The position numbers and the translations under genes are program-made. A stretch of DNA of 64,000 nucleotides from Macrostomum lignano (lineage: Eukaryota): positions 62,001 to 126,000 of the forward strand of contig NIVC01002222.1 of NCBI GenBank assembly GCA_002269645.1. Direction: 5' to 3'. Shown piece after piece: positions 11,276 to 24,344 of the stretch (its first letter is position 1; every line of letters starts with the position of its first letter). The notes under the pieces are model-generated. The model saw only the letters and a list, made by a program, of their open reading frames with translations. It searched no databases and had not been told where the DNA came from.

Positions 11276-11571
11276 TATCCCCCCTCCTGCTGAACATCAG
11301 AGAAAGAACACAAACAACTCAGACGAACAGTTTCAACAGATGTACAAAACCCCTTAGGAACAGATTTATTTATTTAACCAAATCCACAAGAAGCCGTCAC
11401 GTTAAAGATCACCCAGTGCTTAGTATTCAGTAATAACAACAGACTCAAATGGGCTTTGAAATGGACAGAATATGTTTATTATAAAAACAGGAGGCAAACT
11501 GCCATGCAACTGAGACGGGTGGTACATGTAGAGACGAAAATTGGAATATGAAGTAACAGCAGAGCAGTTGG

Positions 11572-13130
11572 ATACCGGATGTGGGTCATTACACTACTGG
11601 ATGTGGGCCATCACACTAACCGGATGTGGGCCAGTACATTAACCAGATTTAGGCCATTACATTAACTGGATGTTGGTCATTACACTAACCGGATGTTGGT
11701 CATTACACTAACCGGATGTGGGTCATTACACTAACCGGATGTGGGTCATTACACTAACCGGATGTGGGTCATTACACTAACCGGATGTGAGTCATTACAC
11801 TTACCGGATGTGGGTGATTACACTTACCGGATGTGGGTCATTACACTAACCGGATGTGGGTCATTACACTAACCGGATGTGGGTCATTACACTAACCGGA
11901 TGTTGGTCATTACACTAACCGGATGTGGGTCATTACACTAACCGGATGTGGGTCATTACACTTACCGGATGTGGGTCATTACACTAACCGGATGTCGGTC
12001 ACTACACTAACCGGATGTGGGTCATTACACTTACCGGATGTGGGTCATTACACTTACCGGATGTGGGTCATTACACTTACCGGATGTGGGTCATTACACT
12101 AACCGGATGTTGGTCATTACACTTACCGGATGTGGGTCATTACACTTACCGGATGTGGGTCATTACACTAGCCGGATGTGGGTCATTACACTAACCGGAT
12201 GTGGGTCATTACACTAACCGGATGTGGGTCATTACACTAACCGGATGTGGGTCATTACACTTACCGGATGTGGGTCATTACACTAACCGGATGTGGGTCA
12301 TTACACTTACTGGATGTGGGTCATTACACTAGCCGGATGTGGGTCATTACACTAAACAGGTGTGGGTCATTACATTAACTGGATGTGAGTCATTACACTA
12401 ACCGGATGTGGGTCATTACACTAACCGGATGTGGGTCATTACACTTACCGGATGTGGGTCATTACACTAACCGGATGTGGGTCACTACACTAACCGGATG
12501 TGGGTCATTACACTTACCGGATGTGGGTCATTACACTTACCGGATGTGGGTCATTACACTTACCGGATGTGGGTCATTACACTAACCGGATGTTGGTCAT
12601 TACACTAGCCGGATGTGGGTCATTACACTAGCCGGATGTGGGTCATTACACTAACCGGATGTGGGTCATTACACTAACCGGATGTGGGTCATTACACTTA
12701 CCGGATGTGGGTCATTACACTAACCGGATGTGGGTCACTACACTAACCGGATGTGGGTCATTACACTTACCGGATGTGGGTCATTACACTTACCGGATGT
12801 GGGTCATTACACTTACCGGATGTGGGTCATTACACTAACCGGATGTGGGTCATTACACTTACCGGATGTGGGTCATTACACTAGCCGGATGTGGGTCATT
12901 ACACTAGCCGGATGTGGGTCATTACACTAACCGGATGTGGGTCATTACACTAACCGGATGTGGGTCATTACACTTACCGGATGTGGGTCATTACACTAAC
13001 CGGATGTGGGTCATTACACTTACCGGATGTGGGTCATTACACTAGCCGGATGTGGGTCATTACACTAAACAGGTGTGGGTCATTACATTAACTGGATGTG
13101 AGTCATTGCACTTACCGGATGTGGGTCATT
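11572..13130. repeat. 23-bp minisatellite CCGGATGTGGGTCATTACACTAA
   Basis: About 67 tandem units, downstream of the hnRNP stop codon. Confidence 0.97.
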
Positions 13131-13622
13131 ACTTCATAAGGAAACACGAGACAGGCAGACTCAGCAGGAAGGGGCAATACAAAAACAATAGAGCATGCAG
13201 GTATGAGTACACAGAGACACTAGCTGGGGTCGCCCCATCCCACCAAGATAAACGGCGCACAACAGTGTTAAATGCGGCGCCCAGACAGACACGCAAAAAT
13301 TTGGTTCGAAGCGATATAATTTGGAGATAACTAATAATTACCAATTATTTAACAGACTAATAGTTAATGAGACACAACAGGAAACAATGTTTCTAATCGT
13401 TAGTTAATAAATGAACAAGTTCACACATTAACAAGCCCGCTAGCATTGAACAAATAGTCGCATTAAGCACAATATAGATAGAAGAAGTACATTATGTTAC
13501 ACTAGACGGGTGTGCAAGCGAAACTCGTCCACAATTCAGCTGGACTAAGAAGCTTGCTGGACAATACGAAAACCCGCGCCTCCAAGACGGAACCCCACCG
13601 GTGCGGACAGCGGCCGCGGATC

Positions 13623-16600
13623 TCAGTTCGTAAAGATTTCAATGTAGCGAGTGCCTGCATCGGAGTTGCGAAGGGGCTAAGTTGTTAGGGGCCGTGATAG
13701 TTTGAGGTATTGAATAAAACATTCCAATTTTTTGGAAGGCTTTACAGGATGGTTAGGGCGTTTGGAAATAATTCATGGGGATCTAGAGCATGTGGGGATA
13801 ATTTATGGGGATCTAGGGGATTTGGGGATAATTCATGGGGATCGAAGGCGTTTGGGAATAATTCTTCATGGGAATCTAGGGGATTTTGGGATAATTCATG
13901 GGATCTAGGGGATCTGGGGATAATTCATGGGGTTCTAGGGCATTTGAGGGTTAATAACTCATGGGATTTCGTGGGGATTGAGGATAAGTAAAAAGATATT
14001 AACCAGACACCATGAGCCGCAACTCACCGATAACTTTGCCATTGTACTCGGCAGCCTGGCGGACCTCATCAGCTGACTGAAAGAAGGCGTCGGCCTCGCC
14101 GGAGCTCCGACCGCCGGGGTCGCGCCCGATCTGCACCCGGGTGGGCCGCAGCGGCGCGAAGAAGTCGTAGATTTCGGCTTCGCCGGCCGACCAGGGCAGG
14201 CCGCGCAGGTGGACGCGGAAGCCGTCGCCGACGCCCGGGCCGACACCGCCGCGGTAGCCGCCGGGCTGGTGCATCGGCTGGTGCATCAGCTGGGGCGGCC
14301 CGCCCCCGCCAGCTCCGCGCCCGCCTCCGCCGGCCCTGTGCAGGAACAGGTCGACATAGCGGCTGCCGAGGTGCTGCTTGTTCTTCTCCATCGCCCGGCG
14401 ACAGTCGGCTTCCGAATCAAAATCGACGTCGGCCTCGCCGCTTGGCCGGCCGTCCGGGTTGAAGCGAATTTCCACGTGGGCGGCGGTGAGCGGGGCAAAG
14501 AACTGCCGGATGTCCGATTCGCTGGCCGAGTACGGCAGGCCACGCATGTGCACCCAGTAACCCGTGGTCGACGCCCAATCGCTGCCAGGCGGCCCGCCGC
14601 CGCCGCCGCCGCCAAAGTCGCGGCGCATCCCGCCCGGGCCGCCGCCACCGTAGGGACTCGGCCTTGCGCCGCCGTAGCCGCCGGGGCCACCGCGGCCGCC
14701 GCGCATCGAGCCGCCGCCACTGGCCATAGCGCCAGAATAGTCGCCCATCTGAGGCCCGTAGTCGTAATCGTAGCCGTAGCCACCGCCGTAGGGTGGCGGC
14801 ACCGCTGCGCCTCCGGCCGCATACGGGTCGCCTGTGAGAGTGCGATGGGACAAGCAAAAGATGGAGTCTCACTATGAGATAACAGTCCCGAAATCTCACC
14901 ATGAGATTAAAGTCCCGAAACCTCACTATGAGATAACAGTCCCGAAACCTCACCGAGATTAAAGTACCGAAATCTCACTAAGAGATAGTGAGAAATCCCG
15001 AAATCTCACCATGAGATTAAAGTACCGAAATCTCACTAAGAGATAACAGTCCTAAAATCTCACCATGAGATTAAAGTACCGAAATCTCACTAAGAGATAA
15101 CAGTCCCGAAATCTCACCATGAGATTAAAGTACCGAAATCTCACTAAGAGATAACAGTCCTGAAATCTCACCATGAGATTAAAGTACCGAAATCTCACTA
15201 TGAGATAACAGTCCCGAAATCTCACCATGAGATAACGGTCCCAAAATTTTACAATGAGATAACAGACCCGAAATCTCACTATGAGATAACAGTCCCGAAA
15301 TCTCACTATGAGATAACAGTCCCGAAATCTCACTATGAGATAACAGTCCCGAAATCTCACTATGAGATAACAGTCCCGAAATCTCACTATGAGATAACAG
15401 TCCCGAAATCTCACTATGAGATAACAGTCCCGAAACCTCACTATGAGATAACAGTCCCGAAACCTCACTATGAGATTAAAGTACCGAAATCTCACTATAA
15501 TATAACAGTCCTGAAATCTCACTATAATATAACAGTCCTGAAATCTCACTATGAGATTAAAGTACCGAAACCTCACTATGAGATAACAGTTCCGAAATCT
15601 CACTATGAGATAATGAAATAACAGCCTTGAAATTTCAGTGGTTGCAGGTAACACAGGTACAATAGGAAAGAAGTGACTCTAGGCGACTCTGGGGCAGTAA
15701 AGTCGTATCTGAGGCATACTAGAGTCGCTGTATAGTCAGAGTTGCATCTAAAGCCTATCTGCTGTATGAATTAGAATCGCATCTCGCAATAATAAAAAAA
15801 ACTCTGTTTAGTCTACTCAAGTTAGTAGAAAGTTAAGCGCTAATTACTCAAAAGTCGCCTCTCCGTCGCATTTGGGTCGTTAAAAAGCTACAAGTGTCGC
15901 TCAAGAGTCGATAGAGTCACTAGTGGGGACAGTGGGGAAGGGCGGGGGGATATTCTAGGCACATCAAATGCGAACAAACGCCTCACCTCCGGACGCCATC
16001 ATCTGCTGCCTATTAGCCTCAGCGTATGCCTCAGCCATAGAGCTGGGGAACAGCTCAATGTAGCGGCTGCCCATATTCTGCCGGTTGCAGCTGCTCAAAG
16101 CACTGCTGGCAGTCTCCGGGGTGTCGAACTGCACGTAGGCCTCGCCGCTAGGCCTGCCGTCCTGGTTGTACACCATCAGGATGCCGTCCTTCACCACGTG
16201 AAAGCCGTGAAAGAACTCTCTGATGCCGTCGAAATCCGCGGCAAACGGCAGGCCGCGCATCCGCAGCACCGGCTCCCGGTTGTGCCCGCCGTAGGCGCCG
16301 CCGCCGCCGCTGCTGTTCGCTGGCCGGCCAGTGGGTCCGGGGACTCCGGCGCCAGGGACCATGCGAGCTAGCTCGGCCTCGCTGGACTGGAACAGCTCCA
16401 CATAGCGCCTGCCCATGTGCTGCTTGTCGTGCCTCATAGCCGCAGCGGCGTCGTCGGGTGTCTCAAAGACGACATAGGCCTCGCCGCTGGGCCGGCCAAG
16501 GTGGTCCTGGGTCAGGTGCACACCCTGCTGGCCCCGGCTGATGCTGCAGTCGTCAAAGAATTTCACAACATCGCTAGCCGTGGATTCGAATGGCAGGCCG

Positions 16601-16659
16601 CGCATTCGAACTACACAGGACGGCCCGCTGGACGAATTGTTGGCATTGTTATAGCGCAT
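13623..16659 (-). CDS. hnRNPF/H: hnRNP F/H-family RNA-binding protein with four quasi-RRMs (exons 16659-15987, 14831-14028, 13654-13623; 502 aa)
   Basis: Motifs VVRMRGLPF...GEAYVVF...RYVELF, VLRMRGLPF...RYIELF, VHMRGLPY...GEADVDF...RYVDLF and VHLRGLPW...GEADAFF...(G)TRYIEIF; Gly/Tyr-rich linker; two phase-1 introns with GTGAG donors and CAG acceptors; the last exon completes qRRM4 and ends in TGA at 13623-13625. Confidence 0.93.
13755..13985. repeat. ~30-bp minisatellite (GGGGATAATTCATGGGGATCTAG...) in hnRNP intron 2
   Basis: 30-bp period visible at 13794/13824. Confidence 0.85.
14868..15612. repeat. 27-bp minisatellite GAGATAACAGTCCCGAAATCTCACTAT in hnRNP intron 1
   Basis: Tandem units; these produce the spurious RFRDCYLIV ORF. 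Confidence 0.95.
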
Positions 16660-19232
16660 GGCTCTGGGGATCGGCTGGCTGAAGTATTTCGTAAGTTTTT
16701 CTATATACAAAAGGAGAGTTTAACAGATTTAACAACTTTGCACTTACATGTACAAATCTTATTTTCAAATACAAAATTATGTACTTATTATTTCGAAAAT
16801 GGTTATTGCACTTTATATCTCTAACCTTAAGCTTGCTTAAGCATTGTAATTAAATGCTCTAATTTTAATCTTCTGCAATTTAAATAAGTTTTATACGAAA
16901 ATCATATATCAAAGATAAATGAAAAGTCCTTTTAAAAGAGTTTATCAAAGAGTCGAACCTACTATGTATCTATGCTATAATGCATAAAAGGTGAAGGTTC
17001 CAACTTATAATATAAGTAACCATTTGTGGGATGTATACTTAAAAGAATAGTCTAGTTATTAAGGAAAATTAATTGTTAACTAATCATTTTTAAAAGTAAA
17101 TAAACAATTCAGTTATTGGTAAAAGTGTTGGCATTAAAACAAAAAAATCTTAACTTATTAAGTTTCTTTGAGTTGACTAAAAGTTAATTAGAATATGCTA
17201 ATCTATTATCAATAACACAGAATATACAGAAACTTAGCACTTTCATTTACAAAAACAAACTTTAAAATGCATTGTCTGCATTTTCATTCTTTTAGCTAGC
17301 ACAGAGAGGTCATTGAAGTAATTTACAATTTATTAAGTAACACATACTAAGAAAAAAATTGTAATATAACTTATCAAACATATTTTTGTTCTTTCTTGTC
17401 TTTGGTCTCATTGACATTTTCATTATCATAAATGACAAATTTGTTGTTAATTTACTAATTATTAATGCAAATTCATTAATCAACAAAAAATCTTAATGAC
17501 ATTTCATTAATGTTAATGAAAATCTAAATGCTTATTAATGGATTGTTACCCAATACTGCTACCTAGATTGTTATAATATGGTCATGGTTAGGTTAATCAT
17601 ATTATTAGTTGTTTTATTTTTTAGAGGAAATGTTATAATTCATTATGATATATACAAGTTATGATAATTATACAAGTTATTTTAGCCAAGCTATTTATTA
17701 TTCATTAAAATAAAAAATACATTTTTATGATAAAAAATATTGCAAAGTATTTATTTTAGATTATAGTCTACTTTTTGACATCTAATTATAATTTATAATT
17801 TATATACTGAAAATCAACCTTATGATTGGAATAAATTCTGAAAATGTATGGATGCCTATCAAGGGTCTAGCAAAAATGCACCAAAAGGTCACTCTAAAGT
17901 ATATAGACTATATCAATGGGTCATCAAGCAATGGTGGCACACCAAAAAACAGCATTGTTATGCAGAGCACACCTAATAACTTTGCCAACTTTTGAAATTT
18001 TGACATTTAGGCCATTCTGACATGGATTCCAAGCACTATACAAGTACCAAGTGTTGCATTGCATTATACCATACTGCACTAAGTGCTACCTTACAGAAAA
18101 TACACCACATCTCAGGGTTATTTTAAAAATGTCTAGATAGCTATCTGCCATTTAGAAACTTTTTTAATAAGGAAAAGCAAACTAGGATAAGGGCTTCCAA
18201 AATGCCAAATTACTAAAAAACATAGGCAGTGAAAAGTTTAGATCCCCTAATGTATCCCCTAGACTAAGTTTATCTTTGATTGGGACATTAAAATTTCTAA
18301 ATTAACAAAGTTTAATAATACAATGTTCTAATAAAAACAACTTGAGCATACAATACACTTTGTGACTTTCCAACTATATGTAAAGTCAATCACTATCTAT
18401 ATTTTATTGATCCAAATGATCTAACTATGTACAAACATAATAAAAAACATCTAGGCACAAATGAAGACAAAGTTCTATAGCTAGCATGGCATTAGGCCTA
18501 ATGATGATTTTTTTGACTTTCATAAAATTCAAAGTTCCTTAGAGCAAGTTCTTCTAGTAGTGATATCAATTTTACCCAAGGAAATGCTTTGACAATTTCC
18601 TATATTAGGTGACCCATAACTATGCTAAATAGGGTCTAATGCTATTTTTAAGGCTAAAAAAATTTAAATAATTAAACTTGTTTTTGTTTGTTTGTGAAAA
18701 ATCTAGTGTCAAAATAATTTAATGTAGAAAACTAAGACATTGCCACTTTAGTAAGCCTATTAATTAGTAGGTATATGGTCATTTTGTCTGCTATTAGGCC
18801 TAGTTTGTCTACTAGCAAACAAAATGACTACTCATTAGTAGGTACATTTATTGTTTGTTTAGCATGCTGCATGATATTATATAACATTAATATTGATTTA
18901 TTATAGTTATTCTTTCTTCTATTTTTTCACTGTGAACTCTTATTTTGACCTATATATGCTAATACCTCTAAAAACTATATGAACTTCGAATTTTGTATGA
19001 AATTTCTACCAAAACATACATTCATTTTAATAAAAGTAGCACTAAATAGTAAAAAATAGATGCTTATTAGTAGCAAATATTTTATTGTATACAATACAGT
19101 AGACAAACATCTACCTTAGCAATGCTTTGATAGAATGATTAGGCCTACTCTTAATTTTCAAGTTAAAAATTCAATTTATAATTATAGAAACTTTAAATGC
19201 ATAGGCCCAATCTAGGCAAAAAGCATAACATC

Positions 19233-19541
19233 TAAATAGAAAGCTTAATATCAACATTTGAATATGAGTGCAATTTCTAACAACTTCAACGCGTTTCGCA
19301 TGCCATGGTGCATTGTCAGGATTTTATTAGAACGATTTGAGAAATTGAAATTGAAAGTGATTGATTAAATATTGGTTTTTGCAACGTACACAGGTAAGGA
19401 GGGTAAGATTGAAAACAATTGATTACAACTTGGCTTTAACAACATACATAGGTCCTGATAATGCATCATGGCGTGCAAAACGCTTTGAAGTTGTTAGAAA
19501 TTGCACTCATATTCAAATGTTGATATTAAGCTTTCTATTTA
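19233..19541. mobile_element. Foldback/MITE-like inverted repeat, ~89-bp arms with ~131-bp spacer
   Basis: Arms 19233-19321 and 19453-19541; outer ~55 bp perfect, five mismatches in the inner part; TA at both outer ends. Confidence 0.7.
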
Positions 19542-20329
19542 TTCTTCTCGCCAAGTGAGCAACTCTACCAGCACATAACATCTAACTACATGCCTATAGC
19601 AACTCATACTCATTCATGTTAATTGTCAAGTCAAGTTACAAATTAGGCCTAATTTAATTGCATTCAACATTCTAAAATTTTCCTAAATCAAACTTAATTA
19701 ACCTGTTTTTATACAGGTCCTTCTTCCTAAGAGCAAAAAACTTCTTTCAAATAGTTGAACCATCATTGCTTCCATGTTCCACCTATTTTTTATTAATCTT
19801 TAGCTTTTTTGTTCTCATTTGGCAAGGACCAAGGAGTCAAGGACCAGCAACCAGGTTCAAGTTAAGAATAAGATGTTATACCTTATACATTATATTCATT
19901 TACTAAAAATTATAATCTATAAGCTATTGAAACTCACAGATTTTGAACCCAGGGATTCCAATCCCTAGAATTATTTTTGTATATATTCTGAAATCTGAGG
20001 CCATACTTAAACAAAAACTTGATAATACTTAGTAGGATAGAGGTAAACATAAAATGGAATACAATTACATAAAATTAGGATTTGAGGCAAGCGGTTGATC
20101 TTGTTAGATAGGGTGCTACATAGTTGGACAATGTTTATCTAACTTTAAAACATATATTGGCAAACTGTGGCCTCTGCCTCTCCTCTTTCTGAAAAATAAA
20201 AAGAAATTCAAAAATCAACATGTGGTTTTTTTATGCATTTTGCATACCAAGGTACATTATCAAGTATATTGTTAGAAACAAAAGGTATGACTATGACTAA
20301 GTAAATTTAAAATTTTTGGATTTTTAGAT

Positions 20330-20720
20330 TTCTCTCTTTGACTTTTCTTATGTCCTTTGGATCCTTTGAAACTTCTATTTTCTCTTCTGTTTTCTCTTTT
20401 CTTTCTTTTGTCTTTTTTTCCTATCTTTTTTCTTTCTACTTTCTCCCTGTTCCACTTTCATCTCTTGTCTGTTCACTCAAGTCCCTGCTCTCATCTTCCC
20501 TCTTTCATCTGTCATCTTTACTGTTTTATATGTTCTATTACCTCTCACCTCTATACTTCTTTTTTCCTTTCTTTTGATTCTTCACTTTCCTTTTTCTTTT
20601 CTTTTCCATTTTCTATAGTATAGGCCCTATTCTCTCTCTTATTTCCTCTATTCTCTCTCTACTCTCTTCCTTTATCTTTTATCTCTCATTTCTCATCTTT
20701 CCTTACACCTTTTTAGTTTA
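20330..20720. repeat. CT-rich low-complexity tract
   Basis: Pyrimidine-biased; gives F/S/L-rich spurious ORFs. Confidence 0.85.
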
Positions 20721-21768
20721 TAGCCTAGAGAATGAAGTCAATGAAAAATTGTGCATTTTGAGCAGAAATTTTAAGGTAGCCTATAAGTATGACATTTTCT
20801 ATAGTGAATTTAAGGTGGGTGCAAAATTTGGTGTAATTTGGTTGAGCCATGTGGGAGTCCATAGCAAAGTAATTTGTACACACAAACACACACACACACA
20901 TCATTTATTTGCAGCAACCAGGTTCAAGTAGGCCTAATAAGAATAAGATGTTATACCTTTATTTATACATTATATATAGACTATACCCTATAGTTGATAA
21001 TAGACATCTAGTAATTAATTTTAAATATCATTTATTTGTTAATTGCAATTCAGCTAGCTAAAAGCCAAAGTAGCCAAAATTGGATCCAGTATTATCTGAG
21101 CAGTTGAAAAAAGTAGGGCCTACTGATTCACTGATTTATCATTGGGGCCTAGTGCACTGTAAATGTAAATCAACTAAGTAAATGAAGGCCTATGCAACAA
21201 AAGTAACATATTTTTCCTTCACAAAAACGCAAATAGCTGCGTCTTACTAATAGTAAGTTCTAACATTAACAGTAACAGCCATATAACTTCTTTGTAATCT
21301 ATTGTTTGCGTTTATAAAAGTTTTATCTAGTCTCAGCGACGATATAAATTACAAATCGACGAATTAACAAACCCGTTACCCAAATTTGCACTTTTACAAT
21401 ACTTATCTGTGAATTTTTTAGACTTATTAATTATTGCATTAGCCACGTCTGAATTTTAGTCACCTAGCACTGATATAAATTTTGTAGTTTTTATAATTAC
21501 TTTTGTAAGTTTTGTTTAAATTACAAAAAATCAACGAAATGGATCTCCTAACTTAAATCCAACAAACAGCAAATTCTTCCTCGAAAGGCAAATATTTCTT
21601 CTTGCATGAGCAGAAGAGTGACTACAGAAGTCCCTTAAAAGTTCTATGGCATTCTATCATTTAAATGTTATAAAAAACAAAATCAAATCGTCATTTAAAT
21701 ACAGACGACGTAGACACAGCTTTTCTAAATTAGTTTTTGCAATTTATTAATTATATATTTGATGTATG

Positions 21769-22226
21769 GGCATTGTCCTAGTTACCCGCGTTAAATTATT
21801 ATTTTGACCCAAAATTTGAAACGAACAAACAAAACAAAAGCAAGTTTATTCAAGATTTTAAATGAGTCTTGGGTATTAAAAGGAGTAGTACACGGCGTAG
21901 TAATGTGTCAGCCAGTACAGAAAGTTGCCGAAGCTCTTTTTGGGTAGGCCCCTAGAGTCAGTGCCAGAGAAAATTGCTAAAGTGAGAGTCAAAAAGGTCG
22001 TCATTGGTGCCATGCTGACTACAAAACTTCACCTTCACGTGGGCCCAGGTGCCTTCAATGGTGTTCTCAATTACTGATTCCAAGGTCACAGAGGTCAGCC
22101 AATGGCCGCAAAAATTGGCAGGAGGTAGGATATTTACAGGCGCTCAAGGTTGTCCCGCCATGATTTACACTGAAAATAATGAAGATTGGGTCAAAATAAT
22201 TTAATGGGGGAAAGTAGGACCTTGCC
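21769..22226. mobile_element. MITE candidate (458 bp) with ~40-bp imperfect TIRs
   Basis: GGCATTGTCCTAGTTACCCGCGTTAAATTATTATTTTGACCCA versus the reverse complement of the right end, GGCAAGGTCCTACTTTCCCCCATTAAATTATTTTGACCCA; flanks GATGTATG / AATGTATG (7/8 TSD). Confidence 0.65.
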
Positions 22227-24344
22227 AATGTATGCCTATGTATCTTATATAGATCTAGACCTAGGATTCTAGATGGACATTGATTAATTCAATTAAATGT
22301 TTTATTTTTTGTAAAATATAAATTGATTTTTCTGTTATTAATTTAAAAATTAATAAACACTTGCTGGTTTAATTAGAAAGATAAGATACCAATATAGTAT
22401 AAAACATTTAATTTATATAATTATATAGCAATATACCTATATCTTATAAATTATTGAACTAAGGATGGTGAATAATGTGTAAGTAGGAATTAAAGCTTAG
22501 GCCCCTAGCCATAATCTTTTTATTGTATTTCTATAATATATTTTTTAAAACTTTGATATTATTACATTAGGCCATTAAGGGCCTACTTTTCAATATATAA
22601 TGTCAATGATCCCATGACTTCCAATATTATATTTGGCATATGACTAAGACCGCCGCACACCAAGACCACCACAGCTATTACTGGCTTTTAGTATTGAGGG
22701 GGAACTACCAATCTTCTAGCATTGCTATTCCTCTCATAGGTTCTTTTCTCGCTGCTAGCTCTCCTACCTACTCATCTCCTCTCTAGCACCATCTAATAAC
22801 ACATAAATTCAAATTTTCCCCTAGCCCCCCAAGTGTAGCTTGGGGAATAAAAAAGAAAATTTAACAAAAAAGTTGATTTCTTTGCAAATAAATATTAAAT
22901 AACATTGCAAAATAATTACAAAAGATAAAAAACTTTTACAAAAAAAATTGGCCTTAACTATATTAAATAAATAGCAAAACATCTTTTGTAAGCCCTACTA
23001 ACAATGTATTAGTTAGTTTCTGGCATTAAATTATTTTGACATTAATTTTTAACAAATAAACCAAAACAAGTATATTAAAGCATACTTAAGATATATATAA
23101 TCAATAAGTCTTTAAACTGTAGAGATCTTAAAAAAGCAACATTACATAATATAGTGATAACTGATAGGTCATTTTGGTCATCTAATATAAAAAGTTGCCA
23201 AAGTATTTCAATAGGTAGAGTTGGCACTAGGGTCTATAAGAATTTTTGCTAAGATAAAGTGTGCTCTTTTTAAGTTGCCATTAATCTTTGTGTGCAGAGT
23301 GATCTAACTAGTAGATGTCAGGGTTCTTGCTGCTCCAAGAAGATAGGCCCTTGTCATTGTATGTAGACAATCTGGTTGCAGATAAATGACTGGTGTTGCT
23401 TTTTAAACTGGCAGGCTACAGCTGCATTGCATAGTCAGTTGTACTAGTTGTTAATATCTGCTAAAAATATAATATAGAATCTACATGGATTTTCCATATG
23501 GAATTGATATCAAATTTGTCACAGCAATTACATATGGAATCTATGTAGAAAATCCATATGGAATTGATATTGAATTTGACCCAGTGATTCCATGTGGAAA
23601 CTATATAGACTTTTCTACCTGAAATCAAGCTTTATTTTGCAGATTGAGCTGAATGCTATCTAGGTATGCCTAAATGTTTAATTCAAAATAAGCTTGAAAT
23701 TGAAGTCAACCATCTTGATCTTTACATTAGAAAATGATGCCAGCCAAGTCTGTATATATTGAAATGTAAGATAGTAGCAGCCTTAAATTAATTTAAATCA
23801 TTTGTGATACAAATTACATTTAGTGTGTTTTAAAATTAAAATATAATATACAATACAATATAAAAGATCTTCAAGGCACTCAATCAGGGCCAACATTTCT
23901 GGGTCTTAGTTGTGTAGTTCCTTCCATTTTTGTTGGACTTCTCCTAGAGCATACAGTCTAATAGACGATTGACATAGGCTTTTATGTGCTTTAGTAGTCT
24001 CACTTTCAAGTATGCGCAGTAAACAGATCTAAAAAAGTACCAAATGCTATATTAGGAAAATTATTGCAAGATACTTACAATTAACTATTGTTGCATTAGT
24101 TAGCATATTTAAATTAATAGGCAAATATATACATACATGCGCAACTGCTGGCCGACCTGGCCGATCCGGCCACCGTAAATTGTGGCTGACCAGGGGTAAG
24201 TCGCAAAATTGAGTCAACCAAAAACAGAAAAACACAAGAACCAAGAAAGGCAAGAGGAAAGCGAAATAAAGAGCAGTTCAGGGAAAATCGTGAAGCAAAA
24301 GAAAAACTATTCGCAAAAGAAGCAAACTAAGTTGTAAAAATAAT

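Noticed and set aside
11572-13130. Regular 23-bp repeats resembling a CRISPR array
   Set aside because: Units are head-to-tail with no unique spacers, there are no cas genes, and the context is eukaryotic. The same applies to all other arrays.
13755-13985. G-tract arrays in and near the hnRNP F/H gene as autoregulatory binding sites
   Set aside because: The GGGG runs are on the + strand; the gene is on the - strand, so the pre-mRNA carries C-runs, which qRRMs do not prefer.
19850-20965. ~45-bp sequence (CAACCAGGTTCAAG...AAGAATAAGATGTTATACCTT) present twice ~1.07 kb apart, and a 60-bp-period duplication TCCATATGGAATTGATAT at 23493/23553
   Set aside because: Too short and diverged to define LTRs or an element; treated as old local duplications.
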